The position numbers and the translations under genes are program-made. Below are positions 8,200 to 18,289 of a stretch of 64,000 nt of DNA, one piece after another (the stretch's first letter is position 1; the number at the start of each line of letters is the position of its first letter). The DNA comes from Planctomycetota bacterium (GTDB taxonomy: Bacteria > Planctomycetota > MHYJ01 > JACPRB01). The stretch is from NCBI GenBank assembly GCA_035644495.1, contig DASQOM010000120.1:966-64965 (forward strand), given 5' to 3'. Under the pieces are notes generated by a model. That model was not told the origin of the DNA and did not search any database. It saw only the letters and a program-made list of their open reading frames with translations.

Positions 8200-11100
8200 C
8201 GCTGCACTTCCACCCTATTCTTTACACTGGTGATCAGCCGGTCGTGAGCAACCCCCAGGAAGCCGGGCGGCCGCTCATAGACGAACTCACTCTTCTTATT
8301 GTGCACGACCTGGCCCTTTTTATCAAGCAGCCAGACCTGCGTCGCGTACTTCACGTTCTTCGCATCCTCCAGGAACGCTCCCACCATCACGTGGTCGCGG
8401 GTGAGCGTCGGTGGCAGCAGCGTCGCGTCGACGCCCCCCAGCGGCGACGTCCACGTCACCGACAGGTCCGCCAGCGACACCCCGCGGACGCTCACCGTCT
8501 TGTCCGGCTCGCGCGAGACCACCACCGCCTGGTCGCCGTCGACCATCAGGAACAGCGCGTTGCCCAGGTCCGCGGGCTCCTTCTGCTTGACGATCTTCCC
8601 CGTCCGGAGATTGATGATCTCCAGGAAGAGCCGTTCGTCGGGGTCGGACGCGGGCCGCCGGGTGCCCAGGAACACCAGGCCTTCCGAAGTGGCCTCGAGA
8701 CCGCGCGTCGAGATCCGGTACCGCAGCTGCCGCCAGCGCAGCTTGCCCGACGGGAGGTCGTAGGCCTCCAGGAAGCGCTGTTCCGAGTGGAGGACGAGGA
8801 CGTCGTCGCCCACGTAGACCAGCTGGGCGGTGGCGCCATCCGTATAAGGCGCCTGGCCGATGAGCCGCCGTCCGGTCTCGACCTCGAACAGCAGGATGCG
8901 GTTGGGATTGAGGGTGGTGAACACGGCCGCCTCGCCGGTGGGCTGGATGCGGGAGGAGGCGACGCCTTCGAAGCTCTGGGCCCAGGCGATCGTGCCGCGG
9001 GCGCCCTCCAGGGCCGAGATCCGCGACTCGCCTTCGTCGGTGATGAAGAGGAGGAGGGGTCCCGAGAGGGCGAACCCGCGCATCCGGGAGGGCGAGCGGT
9101 AGGTCCACTCGGGAATGCCGCTGCGGGGGTCGAGTCGCGTCACGGTCCGGTCGTCCGCCACCAGGAGGGAGTTCTCCAGGAACGACGCGAACCGGGCCGG
9201 CGCGTCGAGCGGCAGTTTCCAGGCCTCGCGTCCCCCGGTCCCTTCCCGGAATTTCTCGATCGCCGCGACGGCCGCCGAGGAGTGCCCCGCGTAGTGCATG
9301 AGGAGCATGTCCTTCAGGCCCGCCGGCGGGGTGCCGGCGACGCGCAAGGGAATGCCTTCCGGAAACTTCGGCTCCGTATAGTCGAGCCACGGCGTCAGGG
9401 GCGGCGTCAGCGTGGACACGGGGATCCCGCCGGGCGTCTTTGCATAAAGCTCGGTTTTGAGCCGGCGCTCGGCGAACTCGCGGGCCGTGATTTTCCCGCC
9501 CGCGTCCTCGATGTCCGCGTCCGGGAAGAGGCGGATCATTCGGCGCAGGTAGGTCCCCGCGCTCGCGGTATGGCCCTTCTTCTCCAGCGCGCGCACGAGC
9601 CGCGCGTGGGCCTCGGGGACGCGGGAGGATTCGGCGCACTCGCGAAGGAACTGGCGGAGCGCCGCGATCTGATCGTCCAGCCGGTCGAGCTGGGCGTGGG
9701 CCGAGGCCGCCTCGAACAGCGCCTCCTCCCCCGAGCGACTGTTCGGATACTGGCGGAACACCCTCAGCATGGCGTCCGCCGTCTTCGCCCGCCGGGCCTC
9801 GTCCAGCAGCGCCGCCGCCGCCTTCTCATAGGGGGCGTACGCTTCGCGGCCGACCGCCGCCAGGATCGCGCCGATCGCGTTCCGGGCCAGCTCGAAGACC
9901 CGCCCGCCCTCGACGGACTCCTCCCCGTGCTCCAGCAGCAGCCGCTGGTATTCCCCGACGGCCTCCCCGTCCTCCCGCCGCGCCAGCCGGACGCGGGCCA
10001 GCTGGACGGACGCCTCGACGTGCGCGGAGAGATCGGCGGCGCAGGAGCGGGCCTCCGCGAAGTGCTCGGCGGCGCTCGCCGAACGCCCCGCCTCGAGCTC
10101 CGACCGTCCCGCCTCCATCGACACTGCGAAAAGCCGCTTTCGGGCCGCACGCTGGAGGGACTCGTCCTCCGGTCGCGACGACTTCGCCGTGCGGGCGACC
10201 GTCCGCTGCAGCAGCTCGGCCGCATGCGAGGCGTCGCCGGACTGGAGGTAGCGCAGCGCCCCGCGGTAGAGCACCGCCGGATCGTCCGGATGCTTCTCGA
10301 GCGCCTCCAAAATCGTCCGCTCCTGGTCGTGGCGGTCGAAGAAGACCTGGATCGCATCCTGGGTCGCGAGCACCACCGCGCCGTCGACGATGATCAGGTT
10401 GCCGCCGTCGGACACGCCCGGCCAGCGCCGGGCCAGAGACTCGTCCCAGGTCCCGTCCCAGTTGAGCCGGCGGAGCTTGTCCTGGCCGGGGACATAGATG
10501 CCGTCCGGAGCGATCACCCCGCGGCCGCTGCCGCGGAGCTCGTCGGCCATCGGAGGCGACGCCTGGCGCCCCGTCAGGAGCTCCCGGAGCTCGACCCGCT
10601 CGCCGCCCAGGACCAGCGTCCCGTCCTTGACGCCGTAGATCGTCCGGAGGTCCTGGCCGCGGGGGGCGTCCCAGCGCAGCTGCCCCGTCTGCGCGTCGAA
10701 GGCATAGAGCATCGGCGAGTCCGTGGGCGTGACCACCACCGTCCCGCGGGCCACGACCGGCGGGGAGTTCACCCATTCGAGGCGGTTCTTCTGGACGTAG
10801 ACGCTGCGCGTCGGCATCACCGGCTGCTGGCGGTACTGCTGCGCCCAGCGGATCCGGCCCGTCTTCCGGTCCAGCGCGGCGATCGCCCCGTGGTTCGTGC
10901 AGTAATAGACGGTGTCCTCGCCGATCGACACCGGCGACCCGAGCGATTCCCGGGTGGAGTTTCCGAAGAGGTTGATCTCCGTGCCGCCGGAGGCCACGTA
11001 AGTCGACCACACGATCCGCCCCGTGACCGCGTCGATGCAGAGGACATAATGCTGGAAGGGATCGGTGGAGAGCTTCTGCTTCACCGCGCCGACGTAAAGC

Positions 11101-12407
11101 CGGCCCCCGTCGGCGACGGGCGCCGTCGCGAAGCTGGCATTCTCCTCCAGGGCCTCGGCCCCGAACTTCCCGCCGACCTTCCACAGCAGCTTCCCGGTGT
11201 AGGCGTCGAAGGAGTAGAGGCCGCGGCGGGGGAACGGGAATTTGACGCGGACGTAGCCGAGCTGGTTCTCCTCGCCGCCGACGGAGGAGATGAGGTTCGC
11301 GTAGACGCGTCCGTCGTGGACCATGGGGGCGAAGATGACGCGGTTGTCGAACATCACCTCGCCCGACGGCGTGGGCACGCGGAACTGCCAGAGCTTCTCC
11401 GCCTGCTTCGCGTAGAAGTTGTAGGCGGTCAGGACGATCCCGTTATGGACATAAAGGATTCCGTCCGACACCGCCGGGAACAACGGGCGGAATTCCGCGC
11501 TGAGCTGGAGCGCGCTGCTCCGCCGGGCCAGCGGCTCGTCGCTGTTGCCGTCCAGGTTCGGCAGGCCGACCACGTCGGCCCAGGCCACCTTGGCCAGGTC
11601 GACTCCCGGTTCCGCCAGCCGGGTCCCCGAGGGTCCGCCGCCGATCGACTCCCAGGCGGGCAGGGCCAGCGGGGTCGCGGTGGACCGCTCCCGCACCTCG
11701 GACGAGAGAGCCGTCAGGTGCTTCGCGAGGGAGACCGGATTCTCCCCGACCTGGACCGTGGCGGCCGGTAGGTCGCGTTCCACCCGGCGGATGAGGTCTT
11801 CGAGTTCCTTGCGCCGACCGTCGCAGGCCAGGGCGAGGCCGAGCCGGGCGATCGTCACCGACCGGTCGCCGCCGCCCTCCCGGTCCAGGAGCCGCCCCAG
11901 CGCTTCCGCCGCAGCGCCGCACTCGCCCGCGTCGAGCCGCAGGTTCGCGATAAGGGCGAGGGCGTCGTCCACGACGGAGCTGAACGGATACTGGTCGACC
12001 AGCCGCTCCAGCGCCTCGACGTCGCGGCTGCGCTTGGCGCCCTGGAACGCGTGCTCGGCGAGGGGGTCGGCGCGACGCCGGTAGGCGGCCTTGCCCTCTT
12101 CGGGCCAGGACGCCACTTGGCCGAGGATATAGTCCCGGATCCCGACCCAGCGGGTGCCTTCGACGGGGACCACGCAGGCGGGTCCGTTCCCGAGCGCCTC
12201 CTCGTAGATGCCCAGCGCCTCGACATAGCGGCCTGCCGCGGCCAGCGCCGAGGCATGGATCTCGAGCTCGCTCAGATCCGGATACTTGTTGGGGATGGCG
12301 GTGTTCTTCTGCTGGTAGCCGTCTTCCTGGACGCCGCGGACGGGGAGGCCCCCGGCGGCGCCCAGCAGCGTCCAGACCAGCCCGATCGTCGCGTACCGCT
12401 TGGCCAT
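8196..12407 (-). CDS. Giant (1403 aa) secreted protein with TPR-like helical regions and PQQ/BamB-like beta-propeller repeats
   Basis: Signal peptide. Multiple DG.LY...G.L.A.D..TG...W propeller-blade motifs are interspersed with Ala/Leu/Arg-rich helical repeats. It starts 1 nt after the stop of the upstream vWA gene. Confidence 0.75.
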   Translation of the reverse strand: MAKRYATIGLVWTLLGAAGGLPVRGVQEDGYQQKNTAIPNKYPDLSELEIHASALAAAGRYVEALGIYEEALGNGPACVVPVEGTRWVGIRDYILGQVASWPEEGKAAYRRRADPLAEHAFQGAKRSRDVEALERLVDQYPFSSVVDDALALIANLRLDAGECGAAAEALGRLLDREGGGDRSVTIARLGLALACDGRRKELEDLIRRVERDLPAATVQVGENPVSLAKHLTALSSEVRERSTATPLALPAWESIGGGPSGTRLAEPGVDLAKVAWADVVGLPNLDGNSDEPLARRSSALQLSAEFRPLFPAVSDGILYVHNGIVLTAYNFYAKQAEKLWQFRVPTPSGEVMFDNRVIFAPMVHDGRVYANLISSVGGEENQLGYVRVKFPFPRRGLYSFDAYTGKLLWKVGGKFGAEALEENASFATAPVADGGRLYVGAVKQKLSTDPFQHYVLCIDAVTGRIVWSTYVASGGTEINLFGNSTRESLGSPVSIGEDTVYYCTNHGAIAALDRKTGRIRWAQQYRQQPVMPTRSVYVQKNRLEWVNSPPVVARGTVVVTPTDSPMLYAFDAQTGQLRWDAPRGQDLRTIYGVKDGTLVLGGERVELRELLTGRQASPPMADELRGSGRGVIAPDGIYVPGQDKLRRLNWDGTWDESLARRWPGVSDGGNLIIVDGAVVLATQDAIQVFFDRHDQERTILEALEKHPDDPAVLYRGALRYLQSGDASHAAELLQRTVARTAKSSRPEDESLQRAARKRLFAVSMEAGRSELEAGRSASAAEHFAEARSCAADLSAHVEASVQLARVRLARREDGEAVGEYQRLLLEHGEESVEGGRVFELARNAIGAILAAVGREAYAPYEKAAAALLDEARRAKTADAMLRVFRQYPNSRSGEEALFEAASAHAQLDRLDDQIAALRQFLRECAESSRVPEAHARLVRALEKKGHTASAGTYLRRMIRLFPDADIEDAGGKITAREFAERRLKTELYAKTPGGIPVSTLTPPLTPWLDYTEPKFPEGIPLRVAGTPPAGLKDMLLMHYAGHSSAAVAAIEKFREGTGGREAWKLPLDAPARFASFLENSLLVADDRTVTRLDPRSGIPEWTYRSPSRMRGFALSGPLLLFITDEGESRISALEGARGTIAWAQSFEGVASSRIQPTGEAAVFTTLNPNRILLFEVETGRRLIGQAPYTDGATAQLVYVGDDVLVLHSEQRFLEAYDLPSGKLRWRQLRYRISTRGLEATSEGLVFLGTRRPASDPDERLFLEIINLRTGKIVKQKEPADLGNALFLMVDGDQAVVVSREPDKTVSVRGVSLADLSVTWTSPLGGVDATLLPPTLTRDHVMVGAFLEDAKNVKYATQVWLLDKKGQVVHNKKSEFVYERPPGFLGVAHDRLITSVKNRVEVQR

Positions 12408-12408
12408 T

Positions 12409-14958
12409 TTACAGCATGCGGAAAATCTTCCGCAGGATCCATTCCATCGTGATGATCGCCGCGAACACCAGATAGACCAGCGGGGAATCCCACAGGTCGT
12501 CCTCCTTGGTCTCGCGCAGCATCACGTCGTTCTTCTGGATTTCCTCGTTCAGCCGCCCCACCTCGTCCACGGGGAAGTACTTGCCGCCCGCCGACTCGGC
12601 CGCGAGTTCCTTGAGCGTGGCCACGTCCAGGATCGGCTCGTCCTCCTCCCGGTCGGGGATGAACACGACGAACTTCGCCGACGCGCGGCTGGCCTCGTCC
12701 TCGTCGCCCGCCCAGATGCGGTACAGGCCCGTGTCGTCCGGCCGGTACTGGCCCTCGTAGCCGCCGTCGCGGGTCTTGTCCTTGAGCAGCGTGACCTTGA
12801 TGCGCTCCAGCCCGGCCCGGCCGGCGGGCGGATCGACGAAGACTTCGATCGTCGGGTCGGTCCGCAGCTGGAACTTCTCGTCGTAGGCGGTGGCGAGGAC
12901 CGTGACGGGCTCGCCGCGGGTGTAGCGTTCCCGGTCGACGCTCAGGCGGTAGCGCCGCGCGCCGAGCAGCTTGCCCTCGCGCGTCCAGTACATCGCCTGC
13001 TGCCAGAACGGATAGAACCACGGATAGTCGCCGGCGACGTAGCGCCACAGCCAGGTCTCGTCCGTCGCGCTCCAGAAGACGCGGCCCCGGCCGACGTGCT
13101 GCGTGACGAAGAGCGGGGGCCGGCTCGATTCCGCCGCCATGCCGACGATCTCCACCAGCGGCGACGCGCCGGCCTTCAGCTTCTTGATCCGCGTGAACCA
13201 GCGCACGCCGGGCAGGCCCATCCGGGGGTTGGCCCGGGCCTCCCAGTGCTCCTGGTTCCGGTTGACGTCGCCCTTGAACTCCTTGAAGTTCGTGATCGGC
13301 GACGTCCGGCCGTCGGGGGTCAACTGGTAGCCGAAGGTCTGGGAGTAGACCTTTTCGTGCTCGTAGAGGTCGCGGTTCTCGTCGGCGACCACCGGGAGCA
13401 GGTTTGCCAGCGGCGTGTTGGCCAGCATGCGCGGGTTGTTCGTCGCCCCGCTGATGAAGATGATGCCGCCGCCGAATTCGGACACGAAGGTCTCGATGTT
13501 CTTGGCGGCCTCGTTGCCGAGCTTGCCGGGGTCCACGTCGCCGAGAATGAGGACGTCGTATTCGAGGAGCGACTTGAGGTCCTTGGGGAACTCCTTGAGC
13601 GGCTCGCGGAAGAGCGGATCCTCGGACCGCGTATGCTCCTGCGGGAAATCGGTGTCCGCCGACGTGAGCAGGCAGTGGACGAGGATCTTCGGATCGCGGA
13701 CGAGGGAGTTCTTCAGGTAGCGGTACTCGAAGCGAGGCGGATGTTCGACGTAGAGGACCTTGATCTTGTCGTCCGCGACGCGCAGGCGGTGCGTGAGGTA
13801 GTTGTTGTGCGCGGTGTTCTCCTCCGGGCGCGGAGCGATCCGGAGGATCAGGAAGTAGTCGCCGGGGACCTTGGGCGAGTAGGAGAGCTTCTTCAGCTCC
13901 TTCTTGTTGCTTCCCAGCGGGATCTCCAGGTCCGTCTCCGTCTTGGACTCCTCGATCAGGCGGTCCAGTTCCTTCGGATCCTGGCCGGGCTCCTTGTCCT
14001 TCTCCTTGATCGGGTAGGCGTAGAGGTTCGCCTTCACCGTCTCGCCGTCGTATCCGAAGCTCGAGACCTTGAAGTTCAACTCGAAGAGGTCGTTCGCGAG
14101 GACCGCGTCGCGCGCCTCGAGCTCCTGCAGCGCGATGTCCTTCGGCGTGTGCGGGACGCCGGCCGCCACGGTGTAGATCGGGAGGTAACGCTGCTTCAGC
14201 TGCGAGGCGATCTCCTTCGTCGCCATCCCCGAGTTGTTCTTGCCGTCGGTGAAGATCACGACGCCCGCGACATACTGCCCCCGCAGCGAGTTCAGCGCGG
14301 TCTTGATCGCGTCGCCGATCGCCGTCTCCGTGCCGATGCAGGTCTCCCGCTTGTAGTCCTCGAGCAGCTTCTCGCGGCTCTCGCGCGACATCGCCGAGCT
14401 CGAGAACGTGAAGTAGGCGACGTTGAGCTTGTTCTCGAGCTCCTCGAGGATCCGGAGCTTCGGGTTCTCGAGCACCTTCTTGACCACGTCCGCCCGGCTG
14501 AGCTGGCGGAGCTCGTTCTCCCCGGTGACGCCCGTGACCTTCGACACGGCCTCGCGCTCCTTGTCGGTCTGGAGCAGGTCGACCTTCTGCATGGACCGGG
14601 ATTCGTCGAGCAGGACGAGGATGAACGCCTTTCGTTTCTTGATGGTCTCGACCGTCAGCACGGGCCCCATCAGGAGCAGCAGCGTGAGCAGCAGGAGCGA
14701 GGCTCTCAGGACCGTGAGGAAGATCTTCGGACCCGTGCCCACGTCCTGCCGCTCGCGGCGGTACAGGAGGCCGATGACGGCCAGGATCGCGGGGATGAGG
14801 ATCAGGAACAGCACCCAGGCGGGGGGCATGTGCTGCCAGGCGATGGACCAGTCGGCGTCCGGGGAGACGGAGACGCGGTCGATGCCCAGGAGTTTCCCCC
14901 AGAGATCGCCCTCCTTGACGGCTTCCTGGGCCAGGACGGCCGTGGCGGCGGCGATCAC
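12409..14958 (-). CDS. Membrane-anchored vWA-domain protein with a class-I glutamine-amidotransferase-like C-terminal domain (Bat-like)
   Basis: I place the start at GTG 14958, in a GTGA overlap with the stop of the upstream gene. The N-terminal part of the track ORF overlaps that gene and looks non-coding. TM segments, MIDAS LVLLDESRSM and VLILGDVDP...GGGIIFISG. Confidence 0.75.
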   Translation of the reverse strand: MIAAATAVLAQEAVKEGDLWGKLLGIDRVSVSPDADWSIAWQHMPPAWVLFLILIPAILAVIGLLYRRERQDVGTGPKIFLTVLRASLLLLTLLLLMGPVLTVETIKKRKAFILVLLDESRSMQKVDLLQTDKEREAVSKVTGVTGENELRQLSRADVVKKVLENPKLRILEELENKLNVAYFTFSSSAMSRESREKLLEDYKRETCIGTETAIGDAIKTALNSLRGQYVAGVVIFTDGKNNSGMATKEIASQLKQRYLPIYTVAAGVPHTPKDIALQELEARDAVLANDLFELNFKVSSFGYDGETVKANLYAYPIKEKDKEPGQDPKELDRLIEESKTETDLEIPLGSNKKELKKLSYSPKVPGDYFLILRIAPRPEENTAHNNYLTHRLRVADDKIKVLYVEHPPRFEYRYLKNSLVRDPKILVHCLLTSADTDFPQEHTRSEDPLFREPLKEFPKDLKSLLEYDVLILGDVDPGKLGNEAAKNIETFVSEFGGGIIFISGATNNPRMLANTPLANLLPVVADENRDLYEHEKVYSQTFGYQLTPDGRTSPITNFKEFKGDVNRNQEHWEARANPRMGLPGVRWFTRIKKLKAGASPLVEIVGMAAESSRPPLFVTQHVGRGRVFWSATDETWLWRYVAGDYPWFYPFWQQAMYWTREGKLLGARRYRLSVDRERYTRGEPVTVLATAYDEKFQLRTDPTIEVFVDPPAGRAGLERIKVTLLKDKTRDGGYEGQYRPDDTGLYRIWAGDEDEASRASAKFVVFIPDREEDEPILDVATLKELAAESAGGKYFPVDEVGRLNEEIQKNDVMLRETKEDDLWDSPLVYLVFAAIITMEWILRKIFRML

Positions 14959-17225
14959 TGCTTCCCCCTTCCGAAGAGGCACGCGAGGGCGGACTCGAGC
15001 AGGAGGAAGCCGACGAGGAAGTACATCAGGTATTTCCAGAGGCCGCTCGCCGGCGGCGGCGAGACGTCGATCTCCTGCTCCCCGTCGCGCTTCTCCCCGC
15101 GGAACTCGATCTTGAAGTCGGGGAAGCGCGACTGGATCTCCTCCTTCGTGATGCGCTCGAGGTTGCCCTCGACCGCCTGGATCTCCTCCGAAGTGGGCTC
15201 GCGCGGGCCGACGTTGACCGCAAAGTACGCGAGCAGCTTCTCCTCCTCTTTCGCGGAGTTCCGCGTCAGGCGGTACTTGCCCGCATTCCGCACGCCGTCG
15301 TTCTTGAACGCCTTGGGGTCGTCCGACTTCGTGCGCGAGGGATAGAAGAGGCGGAAGAACTTCTGGTCCTTCTCCGGCGTGCTGGCCGGGAGCGTCACCG
15401 ACCCCTCCGTCGGCGTTTCGAGGATGAAGGGCGGCTGGTACAGCTCCACCGGAAGGTCGAGATTGACGAGGTCGCCGACGAACAGGTTCCGCCGAGCCGA
15501 GGGCCGGGACGACAGGTAGCGGCAGAGGTCCCACATGAGCGGCAGGTACGGCGGATGGGCCTGGATGCCGGCGTTCCATTCATGGTCGATGGTCGACGTC
15601 AGGAGGATCACCTTGCCCTCCTCGAGCGGCTTCTCGAGGAAGAGCGGCGAATTGAAGTTGTCGTCCAGCGAGGCCAGGACTTTGTCGGGATCGTAGTCCT
15701 TGACCTTGTAGTACTTGTAGAAGACGAGGTCGTAGAGGGCCGCCATCGTCCGCTTCTGGAAGGTGCGGAACATCGGGTGGCCCAGGGCGAACTTGGCGAT
15801 GCGCCGCTCGGTGCCCCGCTCGATGCCGCCGCCGGGCGCCTCGCCGACGATGTCCTCCAGCTGCGCCGGCGAAAGCCCTGCGCCCTTCTTCCAGAAGAAC
15901 TCGTTGAACGAGACCTTGTCGACCTTGGCGCCCATCGTCAGGAACAGCCCGCCGCCCCGCTTGACGAAGTTCTCCACCTTTTCGACGCGGTCGGAGGTCA
16001 GGCTCTGGACGTTCGCCAGCACCAGGAAGTCGTAGCCGTCGAGGCCCTCCGCGTTGAAGAGCTCGACCGTCTTCACGTCCACCGAGAAGAAGATGCCCTG
16101 CCGGCCCGGGTCCAGCGCGAGCACGAACGCGAACGTCTCGCTGTCCTTCGGGTTGTCCTTGGGCTCGCCGTCGATCACCAGCGCCCGCAGCGAGCTCTTG
16201 ACGTCGACCGACAGCCAGCGGGAATCGTCGACGTCGAGGTAGTCCGGATCGATGGAGACGCGGACCACGTGGGGCGCGGCCTCGGCGAAGTCGTACTCAA
16301 AGGCCACCTGCGTCGTCGCGTTGGGCGGCAGCACGGTGGGCTCGGTTTTGACGAGCGAGTCGTTCACGTAGAATCCGACGTTCACCGCGGGGCGGGGGAT
16401 CGACGAAAAGTTGTGAATGGAGGCGGTGAAGCGGGTGGTCCGCTTGGTGGTGATGACGCGGTCGTTGGCGCGGAGGTCGACGATCGCATGGTTGAAGGCG
16501 TCGGAGGTGCCCGCGTCGTAGAGGAAGAAGCGGGTGTTGTCCTTCTTCGAGAGGGCCTTCAGGAGCTCGGCGAACTTCTTCGCCTCCTGGTCGTCGCGAA
16601 GCACCCAGCCGCCGCGCTGCAGGTCGGTGAAGATATAGATGCGGCGGTCGCGGTTGCGGATCTCGGCCGACTCGAGAAGGTTGCGCAGGGACTGCATGGT
16701 CGCGTAGACGCTCGTGCCGAAGTCGGAGGGCCGCAGTTCGTTGATCGCGGTCTGGATCCGCTCTTTGCGGTTGCTGTTGACGAGGATCGGCTCCGGATAC
16801 GAGCTGAGGGGCAGGATCGAGAAGCGGTCCTGCTCGCTCGGCCGGATGTCCTGGAGCACCTTGAGCGCGGCGCGCTTGGCGACGTCCAGCGTCATGTGCT
16901 GCGCGCGCTTGTAGGCCATGCTGTAGGACTGGTCGATGACGAAGAAGTGGTGGGTGTCGGTGTCGCCGAGCGCCTCGACGGGCGCCTCGCGGAAGAAGGG
17001 CCGCGCGATGGCGAGCGAGAGAAGGATCATGATGAGGATGCGCACGAGCAGGAGGAGGAGGTTCTCCATCTGCATGCGCTTGCGGGTCTTCTGAAGGGCG
17101 CGGAGCAGGAACTCCATCGCGGCCCAGCGCATCCGCTTGAACTTCTGGCGGTGCAGCAGATGGATAATGACCGGGATCGCGCCTCCCAGCGCGAACCAGA
17201 GCAGGGCGGGATTGAAGAAACCCAT
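14955..17225 (-). CDS. BatA-N-terminal-domain / vWA-domain membrane protein
   Basis: The N-terminus MGFFNPALLWFALGGAIPVIIHLLHRQK is the aerotolerance-regulator (BatA) N-terminal motif. MIDAS FFVIDQSYSM. GATase1-like DFLVLANV...GGGLFLTMG. Confidence 0.8.
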   Translation of the reverse strand: MGFFNPALLWFALGGAIPVIIHLLHRQKFKRMRWAAMEFLLRALQKTRKRMQMENLLLLLVRILIMILLSLAIARPFFREAPVEALGDTDTHHFFVIDQSYSMAYKRAQHMTLDVAKRAALKVLQDIRPSEQDRFSILPLSSYPEPILVNSNRKERIQTAINELRPSDFGTSVYATMQSLRNLLESAEIRNRDRRIYIFTDLQRGGWVLRDDQEAKKFAELLKALSKKDNTRFFLYDAGTSDAFNHAIVDLRANDRVITTKRTTRFTASIHNFSSIPRPAVNVGFYVNDSLVKTEPTVLPPNATTQVAFEYDFAEAAPHVVRVSIDPDYLDVDDSRWLSVDVKSSLRALVIDGEPKDNPKDSETFAFVLALDPGRQGIFFSVDVKTVELFNAEGLDGYDFLVLANVQSLTSDRVEKVENFVKRGGGLFLTMGAKVDKVSFNEFFWKKGAGLSPAQLEDIVGEAPGGGIERGTERRIAKFALGHPMFRTFQKRTMAALYDLVFYKYYKVKDYDPDKVLASLDDNFNSPLFLEKPLEEGKVILLTSTIDHEWNAGIQAHPPYLPLMWDLCRYLSSRPSARRNLFVGDLVNLDLPVELYQPPFILETPTEGSVTLPASTPEKDQKFFRLFYPSRTKSDDPKAFKNDGVRNAGKYRLTRNSAKEEEKLLAYFAVNVGPREPTSEEIQAVEGNLERITKEEIQSRFPDFKIEFRGEKRDGEQEIDVSPPPASGLWKYLMYFLVGFLLLESALACLFGRGKQ

Positions 17226-17255
17226 CTCAGCAGGTGGATCCCAAGACCCGGACGC

Positions 17256-17336
17256 GGAGACACGGAGAAGACCCCCGTCCGTTCCGGTCGCACTTCCGGA
17301 GCAGCCTCTTCCCGGTGTCCCTGGTGTCTTTGTGTT
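17256..17336. repeat. Structured intergenic spacer carrying one copy of the AACACAAAGACAC motif
   Basis: There is an imperfect inverted repeat: GGAGACACGGAGAAGACC (17256-17273) versus GCCTCTTCCCGGTGTCCC (17304-17321). An inner stem pairs TCCGG (17283-17287) with CCGGA (17296-17300). The 13-mer sits at 17324-17336 (minus sense), 5 nt after the TAA of the DUF58 gene. Confidence 0.6.
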
Positions 17337-17341
17337 TCATC

Positions 17342-18250
17342 TTAAGTCAGCTTGCCCCGGATCGAGAGACGGCCGGCGAGGTACTTCGTCAGCTCGACGT
17401 CGAGGTCCTGGTCGGTCGAGATGCGGACGTAGTCGACCATCTGCTTCACGCAGCCCTTGCGGATCTCCTCGCAGAACTGGTTGACCTCGGCCAGGTAGGC
17501 CTTCCGCAGCGAGCGCGGGTCGACGAGCTGCTTGGGATACTCTTCGAGCCCCTCGAAAAGCGTCATCCGCTCGAAGGGGAAGGTCAGCTCGTATTCGTCG
17601 AGGACGTGGAAGACGATCACGTCGTGCCGCTTGTGGCTGAAATGCTGCAGGCTCTTGAGGATGACCTCGGGCCTGTCGAAGAGGTCCGAGATCAGGATGA
17701 TCAGGCCGCGACGCTGGATGCGCTCGGCGAGCGCATTGAGCACGGCCCCCAGGTCGGTCTTGTTCTTCCCCTCGGCCTGCGCGAGCGTGCCCAGGATCGG
17801 CCGCAGGTGCCCCATCGAGCTCGACGTGGGGATGAACGTCTTCACCTCCTTGTCGAAGCAGACCATGCCCACGGAATCCTGCTGTTTCAGGATCAGGTAG
17901 GCCATCGACGCGGCGATGTGGCTCGCCAGCTCGAGCTTGGTGGTCTCCCTGCCGCCGTAGTCCATGGACTCCGAGGTGTCGAGCAGGATGTGCGAGCGCA
18001 GGTTGGTCTCGAGCTCGTACTCCTTGATGAAGAGGCGGTCGCTGCGGCCGAAGACCTTCCAGTCGAGGTGCTTGAGGTCGTCGCCCGGGGCGTACTCGCG
18101 GTGCTCGGCGAACTCCACCGAGAACCCGTGGTAGGGGCTCTTGTGCATGCCCCCCATGAAGCCCTCGACGATGTGGCGCGCCTTCAGATCCAGGCGCGTG
18201 ATCTTGTTGAGGACCTTGGAGTCGAGAAACTTATGCGTGGCGTCGGCCAT
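17342..18250 (-). CDS. DUF58-domain protein (MoxR-associated)
   Basis: HGFSVEFAEHREYAPGDDLKHLDWKVFGRSDRLFIKEYE is the DUF58 hallmark. The gene is directly downstream of MoxR. Confidence 0.85.
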   Translation of the reverse strand: MADATHKFLDSKVLNKITRLDLKARHIVEGFMGGMHKSPYHGFSVEFAEHREYAPGDDLKHLDWKVFGRSDRLFIKEYELETNLRSHILLDTSESMDYGGRETTKLELASHIAASMAYLILKQQDSVGMVCFDKEVKTFIPTSSSMGHLRPILGTLAQAEGKNKTDLGAVLNALAERIQRRGLIILISDLFDRPEVILKSLQHFSHKRHDVIVFHVLDEYELTFPFERMTLFEGLEEYPKQLVDPRSLRKAYLAEVNQFCEEIRKGCVKQMVDYVRISTDQDLDVELTKYLAGRLSIRGKLT

Positions 18251-18289
18251 AAGGAAATCCCCTCACGGGCACCGAGGACGACGGACCCT

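Noticed and set aside
8244-11771. Very long alternative-frame or antisense ORFs. Examples are 1256-2353, 8244-11771, 12400-15345, 15555-17345, 17234-19840, 36705-39641, 54439-56355 and 58963-60978.
   Set aside because: These are typical high-GC shadow ORFs. They are Arg/Gly/Pro/Ala/Asp-rich, carry no recognisable motifs, and each lies opposite or out of frame with a gene that has clear family signatures.
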